A DNA stretch of 64,000 nucleotides from Candidatus Saccharimonadota bacterium (GCA_046350735.1 JAXLZU010000001.1:684462-748461); one strand, 5' to 3'. Counted from the stretch's first letter, positions 10,702-24,054 are shown. Program-made: numbers and translations. The notes: generated by a model from the letters alone, not told the origin.

Positions 10702-12206
10702 TTCATTGCATTATTCACATCAGCTAGATGGATTCCACCATACAATCCACCTGAAGAATTTACAACAGATTCAACAATATTACCTGCACCGCCGTATATC
10801 CCATTAATTGAAACCGATCCCTGAAATCCTCCAGTAAAATGCGAAAGATTTTGAATAGTAGCAATACCTGCTATCGGACCATTTGCCATGATATTCGACC
10901 AACTACTATCAGTAATGTTGGTACTAAAGCCATTAATATTCGACCAGTCTACGTTGTCTAATCCTAATACAAAACCTGTTGCATTTGTATTGGTGGTATC
11001 TGAAGCCGTTACAGATACACCTGTCATAGCTGAACGAGTAGTATTGGTAATGTTTATATCACTACCAATAAATGCACTGTCTGAAACTCCGCTAAGGTTT
11101 ATGTTCGAACCGTTAGCAGTAACTCTAGATAGGTTTAACAAAGTTCCATTATTAGCCTGAATTATTGAAGTATCAACATTTGTTGCACTTCCAGCATTGA
11201 TTCTTATGAGACTATTTAGTCCAAAATTAATAGTAGAATTACCTTGTAGACCAACAATAGCATTACTACTATTAGTAATACTACTTCCTCCGTCTGCTCC
11301 ACCCAGTATATTTGAACTATCAGTAACCGTAAGGTTACCACCAAAACTACCAAATTGACCCATTAGGTTACTAGAGCCATTTACTGTAGCTCCAACAAAC
11401 TGGCCTACCATTCCGTATCCACCGGTAATATTGCTTCCAAGACTATACAATAGATTGTAGCCTGTACCATTTAGCGTTGAGTTGTGTGCCCAACCAATAT
11501 TGTAGCTAGAGTCAATAATAGTTGCCGATTCGGTTTGTAAAATATTAGCACTAGAATTAGTAAATGTTGAAGCACCTGGGGCAAAACCCCCTGTTGGAAT
11601 TACGAAATTACTATCAGATGTACCGCTAAAGCTTGATTGCCCAAAACCACCCACCGTGGCCAGTTTGTTTGGGATAATGTTTCCAAGTGCATCGATTTTT
11701 AATGAATTAGTACTAGCCGTAACTACTTGCAGATCTTGATTATCTAAAGTACCGAGCTGTGCTGTAGCTCCGTAGCTGTTACCATTTTGGCAAAAATATG
11801 TGCCAGCAACTACACATGGATCGGTCGGGCCCGATGGACCAGTTGGACCAGTAGATCCAGCTATGCCCGGCGTACCCTTAGAACCATTAGCTCCAGATGG
11901 TCCCGGTTGACTATTAACATTGAGTGGTAATGTTATAGAGTTACCACCAGAAATACTGAGCTCATTACCATTTAACGAAAGTACAGACATATTCTTAGGC
12001 TGATTGCCGCTAATAGTAGTTTCGTTACACAGCACATTGTTCAAACCTAACAAACGAATATACCACACATCAGTACAGAGACCACGCAGTATAATGAGTA
12101 TAAGTAAAAATACTACAGCAAGACCAACTAGTAGCCAAAACAACCACCAATGAGAATTGCTATTGTGCTGCTCGCCCTGAACAGAATTTTGTCCTGGTTG
12201 ATCCAT
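10695..12206 (-). CDS. N-terminal part of the fibre protein: cytoplasmic tail, TM helix, collagen-like G-x-x repeats (GPSGANGSKGTPGIAGSTGPTGPSGPTDP), and beta-helix-like N/S/T/G repeats.
   Basis: TM is HWWLFWLLVGLAVVFLLILIILRGL. It is homologous in architecture to the 803-aa protein at 24055..26466. It ends at a TAG one nucleotide out of frame with the 333-aa ORF. Confidence 0.55.
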   Translation of the reverse strand: MDQPGQNSVQGEQHNSNSHWWLFWLLVGLAVVFLLILIILRGLCTDVWYIRLLGLNNVLCNETTISGNQPKNMSVLSLNGNELSISGGNSITLPLNVNSQPGPSGANGSKGTPGIAGSTGPTGPSGPTDPCVVAGTYFCQNGNSYGATAQLGTLDNQDLQVVTASTNSLKIDALGNIIPNKLATVGGFGQSSFSGTSDSNFVIPTGGFAPGASTFTNSSANILQTESATIIDSSYNIGWAHNSTLNGTGYNLLYSLGSNITGGYGMVGQFVGATVNGSSNLMGQFGSFGGNLTVTDSSNILGGADGGSSITNSSNAIVGLQGNSTINFGLNSLIRINAGSATNVDTSIIQANNGTLLNLSRVTANGSNINLSGVSDSAFIGSDINITNTTRSAMTGVSVTASDTTNTNATGFVLGLDNVDWSNINGFSTNITDSSWSNIMANGPIAGIATIQNLSHFTGGFQGSVSINGIYGGAGNIVESVVNSSGGLYGGIHLADVNNAMNW

Positions 12207-12278
12207 ATATTACTCAAAAACTACTTATGCTTATATTGTAGCCCAGGAGAACCTACAAAGCTATAAGAATTTATTAGT

Positions 12279-12977
12279 TTAGTTAATAAAATCTTTTAGA
12301 TCTTGCCAAGAAGAGCTAGCGGCACTTTCGTTATAATTGGGCCGGCCTGGCTGAAAGTATGCATGACCAGCGCTATATTCTTTGGCCAAGTAGGACACAT
12401 TAGCGCTTTTTAGCTCTTGCTTGGTCTTATCTCTATCTTCTTCGGGAATTGACTCATCTTGCGTGCCATAAAAAGATAAGACCTTTAAAGTTGGGTCATT
12501 TTTGCGCGCATTTACCAAGACTTCTATTGGTGTTTGTGCTTGATAATAGTCTGGTGTATGTGCTCCTGCCCCATAGAACGATACAATTTTAGTTACCGCC
12601 TGTTCTGTGCCGGTTAAGTAAGCTAGGCAGCCCGCAAAACAAAAACCTATTACACAAATCTGTTTAATACTCGGATTTTCCTGACGAATAGCGTCTACGG
12701 CTTTATTAAATGCTGGCACAAAATCTTCACCACGCATTTTCTGCATTAAACTAACAGCTTCATCAATCTCTTCTGGTGAGAATTTGTTTGTAGCGCCAGT
12801 AAGTGTATAGAAGTAGTCAAACATATACACCGGCTTTTGTAGTACTTTGGCAAATTCTTGCATAGTTGCCATTGCATAATCGGTAATACCAAATATATCT
12901 GGCATTAGAATTATTGCCATACTGTTGCCAGTTAATTTGTTATTGATATCTGCCTGGTAGATAAACGGGCTGTTCAT
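12279..12977 (-). CDS. Dienelactone hydrolase family protein.
   Basis: VIGFCFAGCLAYL (DLH nucleophile Cys motif) and C-terminal GHAYF. 232 aa. Confidence 0.6.
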   Translation of the reverse strand: MNSPFIYQADINNKLTGNSMAIILMPDIFGITDYAMATMQEFAKVLQKPVYMFDYFYTLTGATNKFSPEEIDEAVSLMQKMRGEDFVPAFNKAVDAIRQENPSIKQICVIGFCFAGCLAYLTGTEQAVTKIVSFYGAGAHTPDYYQAQTPIEVLVNARKNDPTLKVLSFYGTQDESIPEEDRDKTKQELKSANVSYLAKEYSAGHAYFQPGRPNYNESAASSSWQDLKDFIN

Positions 12978-13124
12978 AGTTCTATTTTACCACGTAGCGA
13001 AATTGACATTACTAGAACACAAAAGATATACTGCAAGTGTCTAACGGGTGTAATACCCAGAGGAGGAAACTTTCGCAACTGTGTTTGGCTCGTGGTGCCC
13101 AAAAGCACCAGAGGGAGAAACGCC

Positions 13125-13436
13125 ATGTCTCGGCGGACGAAACGTCAGACCCGTACAGAGCTCTTGGAGGCAAAAGTAGCACGCCGGCTCGAGAAGGGAT
13201 ATCGGTTTCATCACGTTGCCCTCAATGGCAGCGTAATGCCTGTTTTGGCTCGGAACAGCGTAGATGCACTAAGTTTGTTTAATCTTTGGGTGGGGAAGCC
13301 CAAAAATTACGACCTTGGCTACAGCAGTGGTAATTGTGCTATCGTATGTGTTAGCGATGCTATACCCTCTCAATTCTGTATGTTTGTTGGCCGGCGCAAC
13401 CGAATGGCCTGCGTACGACAAGTTGTCTTGGTGTAG
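13125..13436 (+). CDS. Small basic hypothetical protein (R/K-rich N-terminus) in a GC-rich segment. Start placed at the ATG preceded by GAGGGA.
   Basis: The ORF track gives 13092..13436. An internal ATG at 13125 has a Shine-Dalgarno-like gaggga 8 nt upstream. A strong terminator hairpin follows the stop directly. Local GC is noticeably above the window average. Confidence 0.4.
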   Translation: MSRRTKRQTRTELLEAKVARRLEKGYRFHHVALNGSVMPVLARNSVDALSLFNLWVGKPKNYDLGYSSGNCAIVCVSDAIPSQFCMFVGRRNRMACVRQVVLV

Positions 13437-13442
13437 ATTATA

Positions 13443-13466
13443 CCTCGAGGAAACTCGAGGATTTTT
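13443..13466 (+). terminator. Rho-independent terminator: cctcgag-gaaa-ctcgagg followed by a T-run.
   Basis: Perfect 7-bp stem with a GAAA loop, followed by ATTTTTA. Confidence 0.5.
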
Positions 13467-13501
13467 ATGTCTTAGATAAATCTGTGCTATCTGGCTAATG
13501 G

Positions 13502-13530
13502 TTGAAAGAACTGCAAAAATGCGCTACAAT
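13502..13530 (+). promoter_or_regulatory. Sigma70-like promoter (TTGAAA -35, 17-nt spacer, TACAAT -10) upstream of the tRNA-Ile / tRNA-Ala pair.
   Basis: ttgaaa gaactgcaaaaatgcgc tacaat, about 30 nt upstream of the tRNA-like fragment and about 140 nt upstream of tRNA-Ile. Confidence 0.45.
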
Positions 13531-13558
13531 ATGCAAGTTACTTTTGATCAATTCAAAA

Positions 13559-13585
13559 GGGCGCGCAGCTCAGATGGCGAGAAAT
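13559..13585 (+). repeat. Degenerate copy of the first 20 nt or so of tRNA-Ile (gggcgcgCagctcagatggC...). It does not fold into a tRNA.
   Basis: It matches gggcgcgtagctcagatggt of the real tRNA-Ile 110 bp downstream. The rest diverges and no cloverleaf is possible. Confidence 0.4.
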
Positions 13586-13669
13586 GCGTAGCATTTATCC
13601 ATAAACAACAGCTGCGCTCGAATATAGCAAACTTTATAAGTCGTATAGTGTAGAAAATCCCGTAAACGC

Positions 13670-13746
13670 GGGCGCGTAGCTCAGATGGTTAGAGCGCGTC
13701 ACTGATAATGACGAGGTCCCTGGTTCAATTCCAGGCGTGCCCACCA
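13670..13746 (+). tRNA. tRNA-Ile (anticodon GAT), CCA encoded.
   Basis: Cloverleaf read by hand: acceptor GGGCGCG/CGTGCCC, D-arm GCTC-AGATGGTTA-GAGC, anticodon arm CGTCA-CTGATAA-TGACG, T-arm CCTGG-TTCAATT-CCAGG, then ACCA. Confidence 0.9.
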
Positions 13747-13764
13747 GAAAAATATTTACAATAC

Positions 13765-13841
13765 GGGGCATTAGCTCAGCTGGCTAGAGCACCTGCTTTG
13801 CAAGCAGGGGGTCCGGGGTTCGAATCCCCGATGCTCCACCA
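13765..13841 (+). tRNA. tRNA-Ala (anticodon TGC), with the G3:U70 identity pair and CCA encoded.
   Basis: GGGGCAT...GCTC-AGCTGGCTA-GAGC...CCTGC-TTTGCAA-GCAGG...CGGGG-TTCGAAT-CCCCG-ATGCTCC-A-CCA. Confidence 0.9.
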
Positions 13842-13919
13842 TGAATTTATTTGTATCTTAAAGCAACCACCATTAATGCTGGTTTGCTCCTAATTACGAC
13901 TTCGCACAGTCGCATACCC

Positions 13920-14810
13920 ATGTCAACATCCAGCTCATACCATTCAAAGGAAACCCCTGATTCAGTAATCGCATACCAAAGACTCAAGGCTATAACTGAC
14001 GCCGTCTATTCTGGGTCTAAAACAGACTATGGCAAAGATGTGCTGGCCCTCCTCAAAAGCTTCAACATTAGTCCGCGACAAGATGATGGACAGCTAAAGG
14101 CTGTAAATATCTCAATACCAAGTTCCATCTCGGATTCGATAGTGGTGGGCTTGAGGTACGTTAAGAAAGACGGGACTGACACCGAAGATCACTTCCTATT
14201 CAGGAAGGGTGAAAACTTGCGGGCGTTCTATAAAGACGGATTTGAAAAATACGCCCGTGAGTACGCCGGCGCACACAAAGAACAGACTAAAGAGAGGTCT
14301 GAGCCAGTAACCCCTGAGTACGCCGCCTGGATCTACTTGAATTTAGATCTAGCCAAGATCAGTTATGCGCTTGATTGTTACGATCAAATTTTTGAAATTG
14401 TTAATGTTCGAGATGATGCATACAACCTAGCTCTCCAAATACTTCTAGACAGCCTATCGTCCTCAATTGTTGTTGGACTTGCTAGATACTTTGAGAAGAG
14501 AAAAGACAGTTGGGGCCTAGACAAACTTGGAGTTTCAACAAAAGAAGTTTGCGAGCTCAAAGAGAAGTATGACGAATTGATGGAACTACGTCATTCACAG
14601 TTGTCACATCTCAAGAAAGGCAAAGAGTCTAAGTATCAATTCTTCTTCCTAAGCGACAGAGGCACAGAGCTCGCTAGAGAGTTGGTCCAAGAAGTCCATA
14701 AAATGTTGTCTGAAATTGGACGAACGGAATACTCTGGTCAATCCTATGCGCTTACATGGGCGGGAGCAGATACCTCTCTCGAATTGCTGATTGAAAGGCT
14801 TAAGGGATAA
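13920..14810 (+). CDS. Hypothetical protein (about 297 aa from the internal ATG) in the GC-elevated islet next to the tRNAs.
   Basis: The ORF track gives 13851..14810 with a TTG start overlapping the tRNA-Ala 3' end. The first ATG is at 13920 (MSTSSSYHSKE...). No recognisable family. Confidence 0.4.
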   Translation: MSTSSSYHSKETPDSVIAYQRLKAITDAVYSGSKTDYGKDVLALLKSFNISPRQDDGQLKAVNISIPSSISDSIVVGLRYVKKDGTDTEDHFLFRKGENLRAFYKDGFEKYAREYAGAHKEQTKERSEPVTPEYAAWIYLNLDLAKISYALDCYDQIFEIVNVRDDAYNLALQILLDSLSSSIVVGLARYFEKRKDSWGLDKLGVSTKEVCELKEKYDELMELRHSQLSHLKKGKESKYQFFFLSDRGTELARELVQEVHKMLSEIGRTEYSGQSYALTWAGADTSLELLIERLKG

Positions 14811-14858
14811 TTGCGAGCCTTGGCTTTTCCTTGCATCGGCGCGACAATAGATCGTGTA

Positions 14859-15101
14859 ATGCCAAAGTCAGACACCAAACAACCAGGCAAAGATCACTTC
14901 CGTATTCGTCGAGTACGCCAAGAGCTTTATCACGTCACTGATAATCACCACTTTGTGGAGTATCGGACGAGTGATCCCTCACTCTTTCGGCCGAGCAAGC
15001 AAGTCATCCTGAAGCCGACGTACAAGAAAGACGTTGACATGCAGCAACTAGCCGACGCCCTGCTCCGCCTCCTGGAAGACATGAATCAGGATTCTGAATA
15101 G
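14859..15101 (+). CDS. Small hypothetical protein (start uncertain; the ORF track gives 14811).
   Basis: ORF directly after the previous gene, GC about 50%. No recognisable motifs. Confidence 0.3.
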   Translation: MPKSDTKQPGKDHFRIRRVRQELYHVTDNHHFVEYRTSDPSLFRPSKQVILKPTYKKDVDMQQLADALLRLLEDMNQDSE

Positions 15102-15207
15102 AATTCAGTATTTCAAGTAATTTCATGTTTTCTTGTTATCTGTCTGTGTTTGAAAGCTGCGCGATTAGCTCCACCAAAAGAGACTCAAACATGGGTCTTT
15201 TTTTGTT

Positions 15208-15567
15208 TTATCGCTGTTTACATTCTCCAATTATCTTATCTAGGGCTAATTTTGTTTCAATAGATTGTGGATCTGCATCAAATTTTTTGGCCTGGTCGTA
15301 TGTATATTTCTGTTTTAATAGCCTATATATACAACTACAATCAGAAGATGAGCTACCCTGAGCTTGACAGCTGGTTAGGAAATTATTTTCGAACTCCTTT
15401 GTGTAGCCCGTGTCTTTATATATATCTTCTAACTTAATATCAATACCTATCGCCAAAACAAAGAAACCCACGATACAGAAAAGAATAATTGCCCACTTAA
15501 CGAGTTGGTGATTCTTCTTTAGTGTTTTAGTGCTTGGCTTATCTGCTATATCATCTGTTGTTGTCAT
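15208..15567 (-). CDS. Hypothetical membrane protein (one TM, Cys-containing C-terminal domain).
   Basis: 119-aa ORF with TM WAIILFCIVGFFVLAIGI. Confidence 0.4.
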   Translation of the reverse strand: MTTTDDIADKPSTKTLKKNHQLVKWAIILFCIVGFFVLAIGIDIKLEDIYKDTGYTKEFENNFLTSCQAQGSSSSDCSCIYRLLKQKYTYDQAKKFDADPQSIETKLALDKIIGECKQR

Positions 15568-15644
15568 ACGTCTTTACTGTAACATATCTGTCGAGTTGGA
15601 TTACAAAAAAATTTCTGATTGAAGTATGTTAGAATATTACTTAT

Positions 15645-15900
15645 GCTTGGTTCGATATTTCTTGGTCTACTTATGATAGTTATTGGTGTTGTAATTGTGG
15701 TGTTTCGACGCAATATTTATAACTTTACCGGCTACATTGACTTCGTAGAAGGTTGGTTCCCCGGGGGAACAAATACGTTTATTCTTTTTTTTGGTCTAGC
15801 CCTTATCTTAATTGGCATTTTCTTTGTTACAGGAATAGGCAACTCTATTACTGCACCAATTACCGACCAACTAAAAGCTGTATTTGGTGGCGTAAAATAA
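15645..15900 (+). CDS. Small hypothetical membrane protein (two TMs). Start is the ATG at 15645, or the TTG at 15619 as in the ORF track.
   Basis: MLGSIFLGLLMIVIGVVIVVF... is hydrophobic. A terminator hairpin follows. Confidence 0.35.
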
Positions 15901-15918
15901 TATAGACAATCTCTACAC

Positions 15919-15949
15919 AAAAAGCACTCAAATAATTCGAGTGCTTTTT
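15919..15949. terminator. Bidirectional rho-independent terminator hairpin (aaagcactc-aaataatt-gagtgcttt) between the small + strand gene and the 3' end of the minus-strand 16S rRNA.
   Basis: 9-bp perfect stem, flanked by A-runs and T-runs. Confidence 0.5.
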
Positions 15950-16127
15950 GTTATTGATCTGTAAAATGTGTCAGCAGACAGTTGTAAATTTGCCCTAACA
16001 ATAGTTAGAGATCGACCTAGAAGTAATCGCAGAATTGGCAGGAGCGACTCAATACATTGAATGCTCAACTACTTTTTCTGGCCTCGACTCTAATGTTCGA
16101 GGAATGCATTGCTGCATTGTTTCTCCC

Positions 16128-17672
<1,545 letters not shown>

Positions 17673-17714
17673 AAAAAGAAAAGTGATCAAGACCACAAAG
17701 ACAACTATTTCTTT

Positions 17715-17775
17715 TGGCGGCAAGCCGCCAGCGGTCATAATTAGTCCCTGAGCCAGGATCAACCTCTCCAAAAAA
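17715..17775 (-). repeat. Imperfect duplicate of the first 45 nt or so of the 16S rRNA (TTGGAGAGGTTGATCCTGGCTCAGGGACTAATTATGACCGCTGGCGGCTTGCCGCC), located in the rRNA leader about 45 nt upstream of the true 5' end.
   Basis: Direct comparison of 17627-17680 with 17713-17775 on the + strand. Confidence 0.4.
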
Positions 17776-18103
17776 TTGAAAAGTAAACTTTTCAAAATAG
17801 AGATCTCAGATAAATCTGAGACTCACCAAATGGTGATGTTTGAACCGAACTTTTGGTTCGTTATTGTTCAAAAGAAATTACAGGTTACCCTGTAGATTGT
17901 ACATCTACAAAGCTGCTGACACATTTTACATATCAATGATCTTGAAATCTCCCCGCAATTTACGCGCAAAAAAACAAAACTCAGTCAATTTATCTTGTGT
18001 CGTTACAAATTGACCGTTTTGTTTTTCTGATAGAGAGCTATCAATCTGGAGTAATTGTACCGTATATCTTATCTCTAAGTCAATACTTTTGTTCAGATTA
18101 GAA

Positions 18104-18940
18104 TTAGCGTTTTTTGCCGGCTTTTTTAAGCCAAGCTTCTTTTTTAAGTTCGTGTACAGGCTTTTTGTTTGATTTAACAGTTTGAACAAGTTGTATTACA
18201 CAGAAAATTACACCAGCGAGCCATACCAAACCAATAAATACAAAACTAAATAAACCATACGGATAAGAAACATTTTCATAATAAAGAAACGCTAGTATGG
18301 CAACGAGTAAGCTTGCGCCTAAATTAGTACAGAGTAAATAAAAGTTATAGCTAGTGGCTTTTTTTACCCGCTTGTATAGCGACTGAATTACAAAGAAAAC
18401 TACTACACTAATTAATGCAAAACCACCGGCTGCTATCATAATTGCTTTGGCTTGTGGAGCAGCGAGAGCAGTATTAAACACATTAAAGTAAGGAAACACT
18501 GTTTGATAACCAAACAAACAGGCAATAACAAACCCTAGAATAGAACCAATAACTACCTCGAGTGGTTTGTGGCCCAATATTTCTCGCATTTGGCTGTAGT
18601 CGTCAGCATTCTTTAACCCGCCAGTCTTAGAAAGATCGGCAATTAATTTATTAATGGTTTTGGCTTGTTCTCCAGCACTACGACGCACACCAAAGCTATC
18701 ATACATAACGATAGCGGCTAGCACTGCAGCAAACCCAAAGAGCGGATTGTTGGGGCCGCCTGCAATTAATGCCCAAGTAGCAAGACTAGTAACTACCGCC
18801 GAATGTACCGAGGGCATACCTCCACTTGCGTACAAATAACGCAAATCTACATCACCACGAACTAATGCTAAGAAAAACTTAATAGCCTGAGCCACTGCCC
18901 AAGTTACAAACGGAACTATCAAATAAAACGTTACATTCAC
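18104..18940 (-). CDS. Divergent PAP2-family (YuiD/DUF212-like) membrane phosphatase-related protein with a C-terminal extra TM region.
   Basis: Motifs GGMPSVHSA, FGVRRSAGEQA and GHKPLEVVIG fit the divergent PAP2 family. Multiple TM segments. Confidence 0.55.
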   Translation of the reverse strand: MNVTFYLIVPFVTWAVAQAIKFFLALVRGDVDLRYLYASGGMPSVHSAVVTSLATWALIAGGPNNPLFGFAAVLAAIVMYDSFGVRRSAGEQAKTINKLIADLSKTGGLKNADDYSQMREILGHKPLEVVIGSILGFVIACLFGYQTVFPYFNVFNTALAAPQAKAIMIAAGGFALISVVVFFVIQSLYKRVKKATSYNFYLLCTNLGASLLVAILAFLYYENVSYPYGLFSFVFIGLVWLAGVIFCVIQLVQTVKSNKKPVHELKKEAWLKKAGKKR

Positions 18941-19001
18941 ACTCTTCCCCTCTAACTTTTATATTAGTATAGCGAATATAGCGCTAGAAACCAAGTAAGA
19001 A

Positions 19002-21545
19002 TTAGTGCTTTGGCTCTTTGGCTTCTGACTTTTGAGTTTCTTCTGCTTCGTTAGTTTCTGCCGGTGTATCTGGTAGAACGGTTAGAGAGGCTACGCTATC
19101 GCCTTCAGCCATTCGCATAATGCGCACACCTTGGGTAGCTCGACCTATCGTTGGTATATCATTTAGGCGTAATCGGATTACCTGACCTTGCTTAGAAATA
19201 ATCAAAACGTCATCTTGAGTGTTGTGCAACACGCGCACATCGATAGCCTTGCCTGTCTTGGTAGTTGCAACACCAGCTTTAATACCTACACCACCACGAT
19301 TATGACGGGTAAACTGCTGAGTTTTGGTAATTTTGCCATACCCGTTTGCCATAACCACCAACATAATACCTTCTTCACCACTCAGTACATCCATACCAAC
19401 TACACTATCATCACTACGCAGACGAATACCTCGTACACCACGGGTAGCTCTACCCATTGGTCGGGCATCGGATTCAGAAAATCGAATTGCCTGCGCCTTG
19501 GCAGTAGAAATAATGACATCATCTTTGCCAGAAGTTTTCTTTACCCAATTGAGCTCATCACCACTATCTAATTTAATACAGATAATACCGTTGGTTCTAA
19601 TATTGGAAAAGTCGCTCACGGCAGTCTTTTTGATAACACCATTCTTGGTAGCCATAAATAAGAATTGAGCTGTATCGTCTTTACTTAGTGTTAGCATAGA
19701 CGTTACACGTTCGTCTGGGCTGAGATTAATAACCCCAGCAATAGCTTGTCCCTTTGCAGTGCGCGAGGCAGCAGGAATCTCATACACTTTTAACTTAAAT
19801 ACACGCCCCAGACTCGTAAAGAATAAGATGGTGTCGTGACTACGGCATTGTAAGACATGCATTACCACATCTTCTTCTTTGGTGCTCATACCAATTTTGC
19901 CCTTACCACCGCGGCCTTGGCTAGCATAGGTATCGGCAGGTATGCGCTTTATGTAATTACCTTTGGTAAGGCTAATAACCGAGTTCTCATCTGGAATAAG
20001 ATCTTCGTCAGAAAAGTTACCTAGTGCTTTTTTGACAATTTGAGTACGGCGCTTGTCACCATATTTTTCTTTCATTTCTTCTAGCTCTTCGCGAATAACC
20101 TTTAAAATGTTTGCTTCGCTACTAAGTATCTCTTGCAGCTCTTTAATAAGTTTTTGCAAAGCATTGTATTCATCTTCTATCTTTTTGCGCTCTAAGCCAG
20201 CTAGTGTACGGAGCTGCATAGCCAAAATAGCGTTAGCCTGTATCTCGCTCAGCTTAAATTTGGTAATAAGATTTTGACGAGCCTCATCTTGACTGTTTGA
20301 TTCGCGAATAGTCGATATAACTTTATCGATTTGATCAAGTGCAATACGCAAACCCTCTAAAATATGTGCTCTAGCTTCGGCTTTCTTTAGCTCAAACTCA
20401 GTACGTCTACGCACTACTACCTGTCGGTGTTTGAGATATTCTCGCAATACCATCTCTAAGTTGAGAACGCGAGGCTGTATGCCATCAACAAGTGCGAGCA
20501 TATTTACATGAAATGCAGTCTGCATAGAAGTCATTTTATATAGCTGGTTGAGGATCTTGTTAGAGAAAGCGTCTTTTTTGAGCTCAATAACAATACGAAC
20601 TTCTTCTTTGGCAGACTCATCTCGCAAGTCAGAGATACCAACAATTTTTTTATCCCTAACCAACTCAGCAATTTTTTCGACTAGAGTAGATTTATTGGTC
20701 TGGTACGGAACTTCGGTAATAATAATCTTTTCGCGACCATTCTTTTCTTCTTCTACACTGGCAACCGCGCGCATAGTAATGCTGCCCCGACCAGTACCGT
20801 AGGCATGGGCAATAGAGCCGTCATCAAAAATTACTCCGCCAGTTGGAAAGTCTGGACCCTTTACTATTTTAATAAGGTCGGTTACACCAGCCTCTGGATT
20901 ATCGATAAGATAAATAACAGCATCTACTACTTCAACAAGATTATGCGTAGGAATATTGGTAGCCATACCTACAGCAATACCTTGTACACCATTTAGAAGC
21001 AAGTTGGGTAGCTTAGCTGGTAACACCTTTGGTTCACGTTGGCTGCCATCGAAGTTAGGCATAAAATCAACAGTATCTTTGTCTATATCGGTAAGAATAT
21101 CTTCAGCAATTTTGGTCATTCTGGCTTCGGTATAACGGTGGGCAGCAGCTCCATCGCCATCCATACTACCAAAGTTACCCTGTCCATCTACTAATCTATA
21201 TCGCATTACCCAGTCTTGTGCCATACGCACCATAGAATCGTACACTGCTAAGTCGCCATGAGGATGATACTTACCAAGTACTTCACCAACGATAGTAGCA
21301 GACTTACGATATTTAGAGCCAGATCGAAGACCGAGATTGTTCATAGCATAGAGAATTCTCCTGTGTACCGGTTTTAGGCCGTCACGAACATCTGGGAGTG
21401 CGCGAGAAACAATTACGCTCATAGCGTAATCGAGATAGCTCTTTTCCATCTCATTTTCGATAGTACGATCTTCTAGCTTGCCGATATTAAGCAAGTCTAC
21501 TTCTTGTTCTGGCTGTTTCTTAGCTGGTTTATCTTTGGTTGCCAT
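19002..21545 (-). CDS. gyrA: DNA gyrase subunit A.
   Basis: 847 aa. Signature around [29 protein letters not shown] with the active-site Tyr region. C-terminal beta-pinwheel repeats. Confidence 0.95.
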   Translation of the reverse strand: MATKDKPAKKQPEQEVDLLNIGKLEDRTIENEMEKSYLDYAMSVIVSRALPDVRDGLKPVHRRILYAMNNLGLRSGSKYRKSATIVGEVLGKYHPHGDLAVYDSMVRMAQDWVMRYRLVDGQGNFGSMDGDGAAAHRYTEARMTKIAEDILTDIDKDTVDFMPNFDGSQREPKVLPAKLPNLLLNGVQGIAVGMATNIPTHNLVEVVDAVIYLIDNPEAGVTDLIKIVKGPDFPTGGVIFDDGSIAHAYGTGRGSITMRAVASVEEEKNGREKIIITEVPYQTNKSTLVEKIAELVRDKKIVGISDLRDESAKEEVRIVIELKKDAFSNKILNQLYKMTSMQTAFHVNMLALVDGIQPRVLNLEMVLREYLKHRQVVVRRRTEFELKKAEARAHILEGLRIALDQIDKVISTIRESNSQDEARQNLITKFKLSEIQANAILAMQLRTLAGLERKKIEDEYNALQKLIKELQEILSSEANILKVIREELEEMKEKYGDKRRTQIVKKALGNFSDEDLIPDENSVISLTKGNYIKRIPADTYASQGRGGKGKIGMSTKEEDVVMHVLQCRSHDTILFFTSLGRVFKLKVYEIPAASRTAKGQAIAGVINLSPDERVTSMLTLSKDDTAQFLFMATKNGVIKKTAVSDFSNIRTNGIICIKLDSGDELNWVKKTSGKDDVIISTAKAQAIRFSESDARPMGRATRGVRGIRLRSDDSVVGMDVLSGEEGIMLVVMANGYGKITKTQQFTRHNRGGVGIKAGVATTKTGKAIDVRVLHNTQDDVLIISKQGQVIRLRLNDIPTIGRATQGVRIMRMAEGDSVASLTVLPDTPAETNEAEETQKSEAKEPKH

Positions 21546-21546
21546 A

Positions 21547-23619
<2,073 letters not shown>

Positions 23620-23715
23620 TTAAAAGCCTTTTGTAAATCAAATAAAAAGATAAGCTATTAAAGCTTATGAGGTACTTTAATTATAGGGTAGTTCCAGATA
23701 GAGTGCAAGCTATTT

Positions 23716-24036
23716 TTACTCAACTTCGGCTTTTATTCCACCAAAGCGATTGGCTACTACATTATAAAGACCAGCAATAATAATACCGGCAATAAAACCG
23801 ATAAGAATATATATACCAACAAAGATTGCACCGAGCAATAAACCACCCACTAAGCCACCAACGATGCCTAAAACTAGATTATTAGAGCTAGCTCCGGCAG
23901 CAATCGCGATAGCAAAAATAATAAAGAAATAAATTACCCCAATAATAATCCCTATAAGCCCGTAAATTGCTGCCATAATCTTACCAACACTTACTATATC
24001 GAACCGTTTAATTGTTACTTCTTTTTGCGTTGCCAT
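23716..24036 (-). CDS. Small membrane protein with glycine-zipper TM helices.
   Basis: GIVGGLVGGLLLGAIFVGIYILIGFIAGIIIAGLY. It is the first gene downstream of the second ATPase-like/fibre cluster. Confidence 0.4.
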   Translation of the reverse strand: MATQKEVTIKRFDIVSVGKIMAAIYGLIGIIIGVIYFFIIFAIAIAAGASSNNLVLGIVGGLVGGLLLGAIFVGIYILIGFIAGIIIAGLYNVVANRFGGIKAEVE

Positions 24037-24054
24037 TTCTACTCCTCTATATTA

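Noticed and set aside
13559-13625. tRNA-like sequence starting gggcgcgcagctcagatggc.
   Set aside because: Only the first 20 nt or so resemble a tRNA (tRNA-Ile 5' end). No D, anticodon or T arms can be formed. Treated as a fragment or repeat, not a gene.
17926-18189. 87-aa ORF between the 16S 5' end and the PAP2 gene.
   Set aside because: It overlaps the 3' end of the PAP2-family gene in another frame and lies in the rRNA leader/promoter region, so it is probably spurious.
19188-20996. + strand ORFs inside gyrA (19188..19571, 19324..19668, 20053..20277, 20548..20802, 20805..20996), and similar antisense ORFs in gyrB, pheT, the helicase and the surface protein gene (for example 57489..59711).
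   Set aside because: They are antisense to well-supported long genes and have no independent signals.
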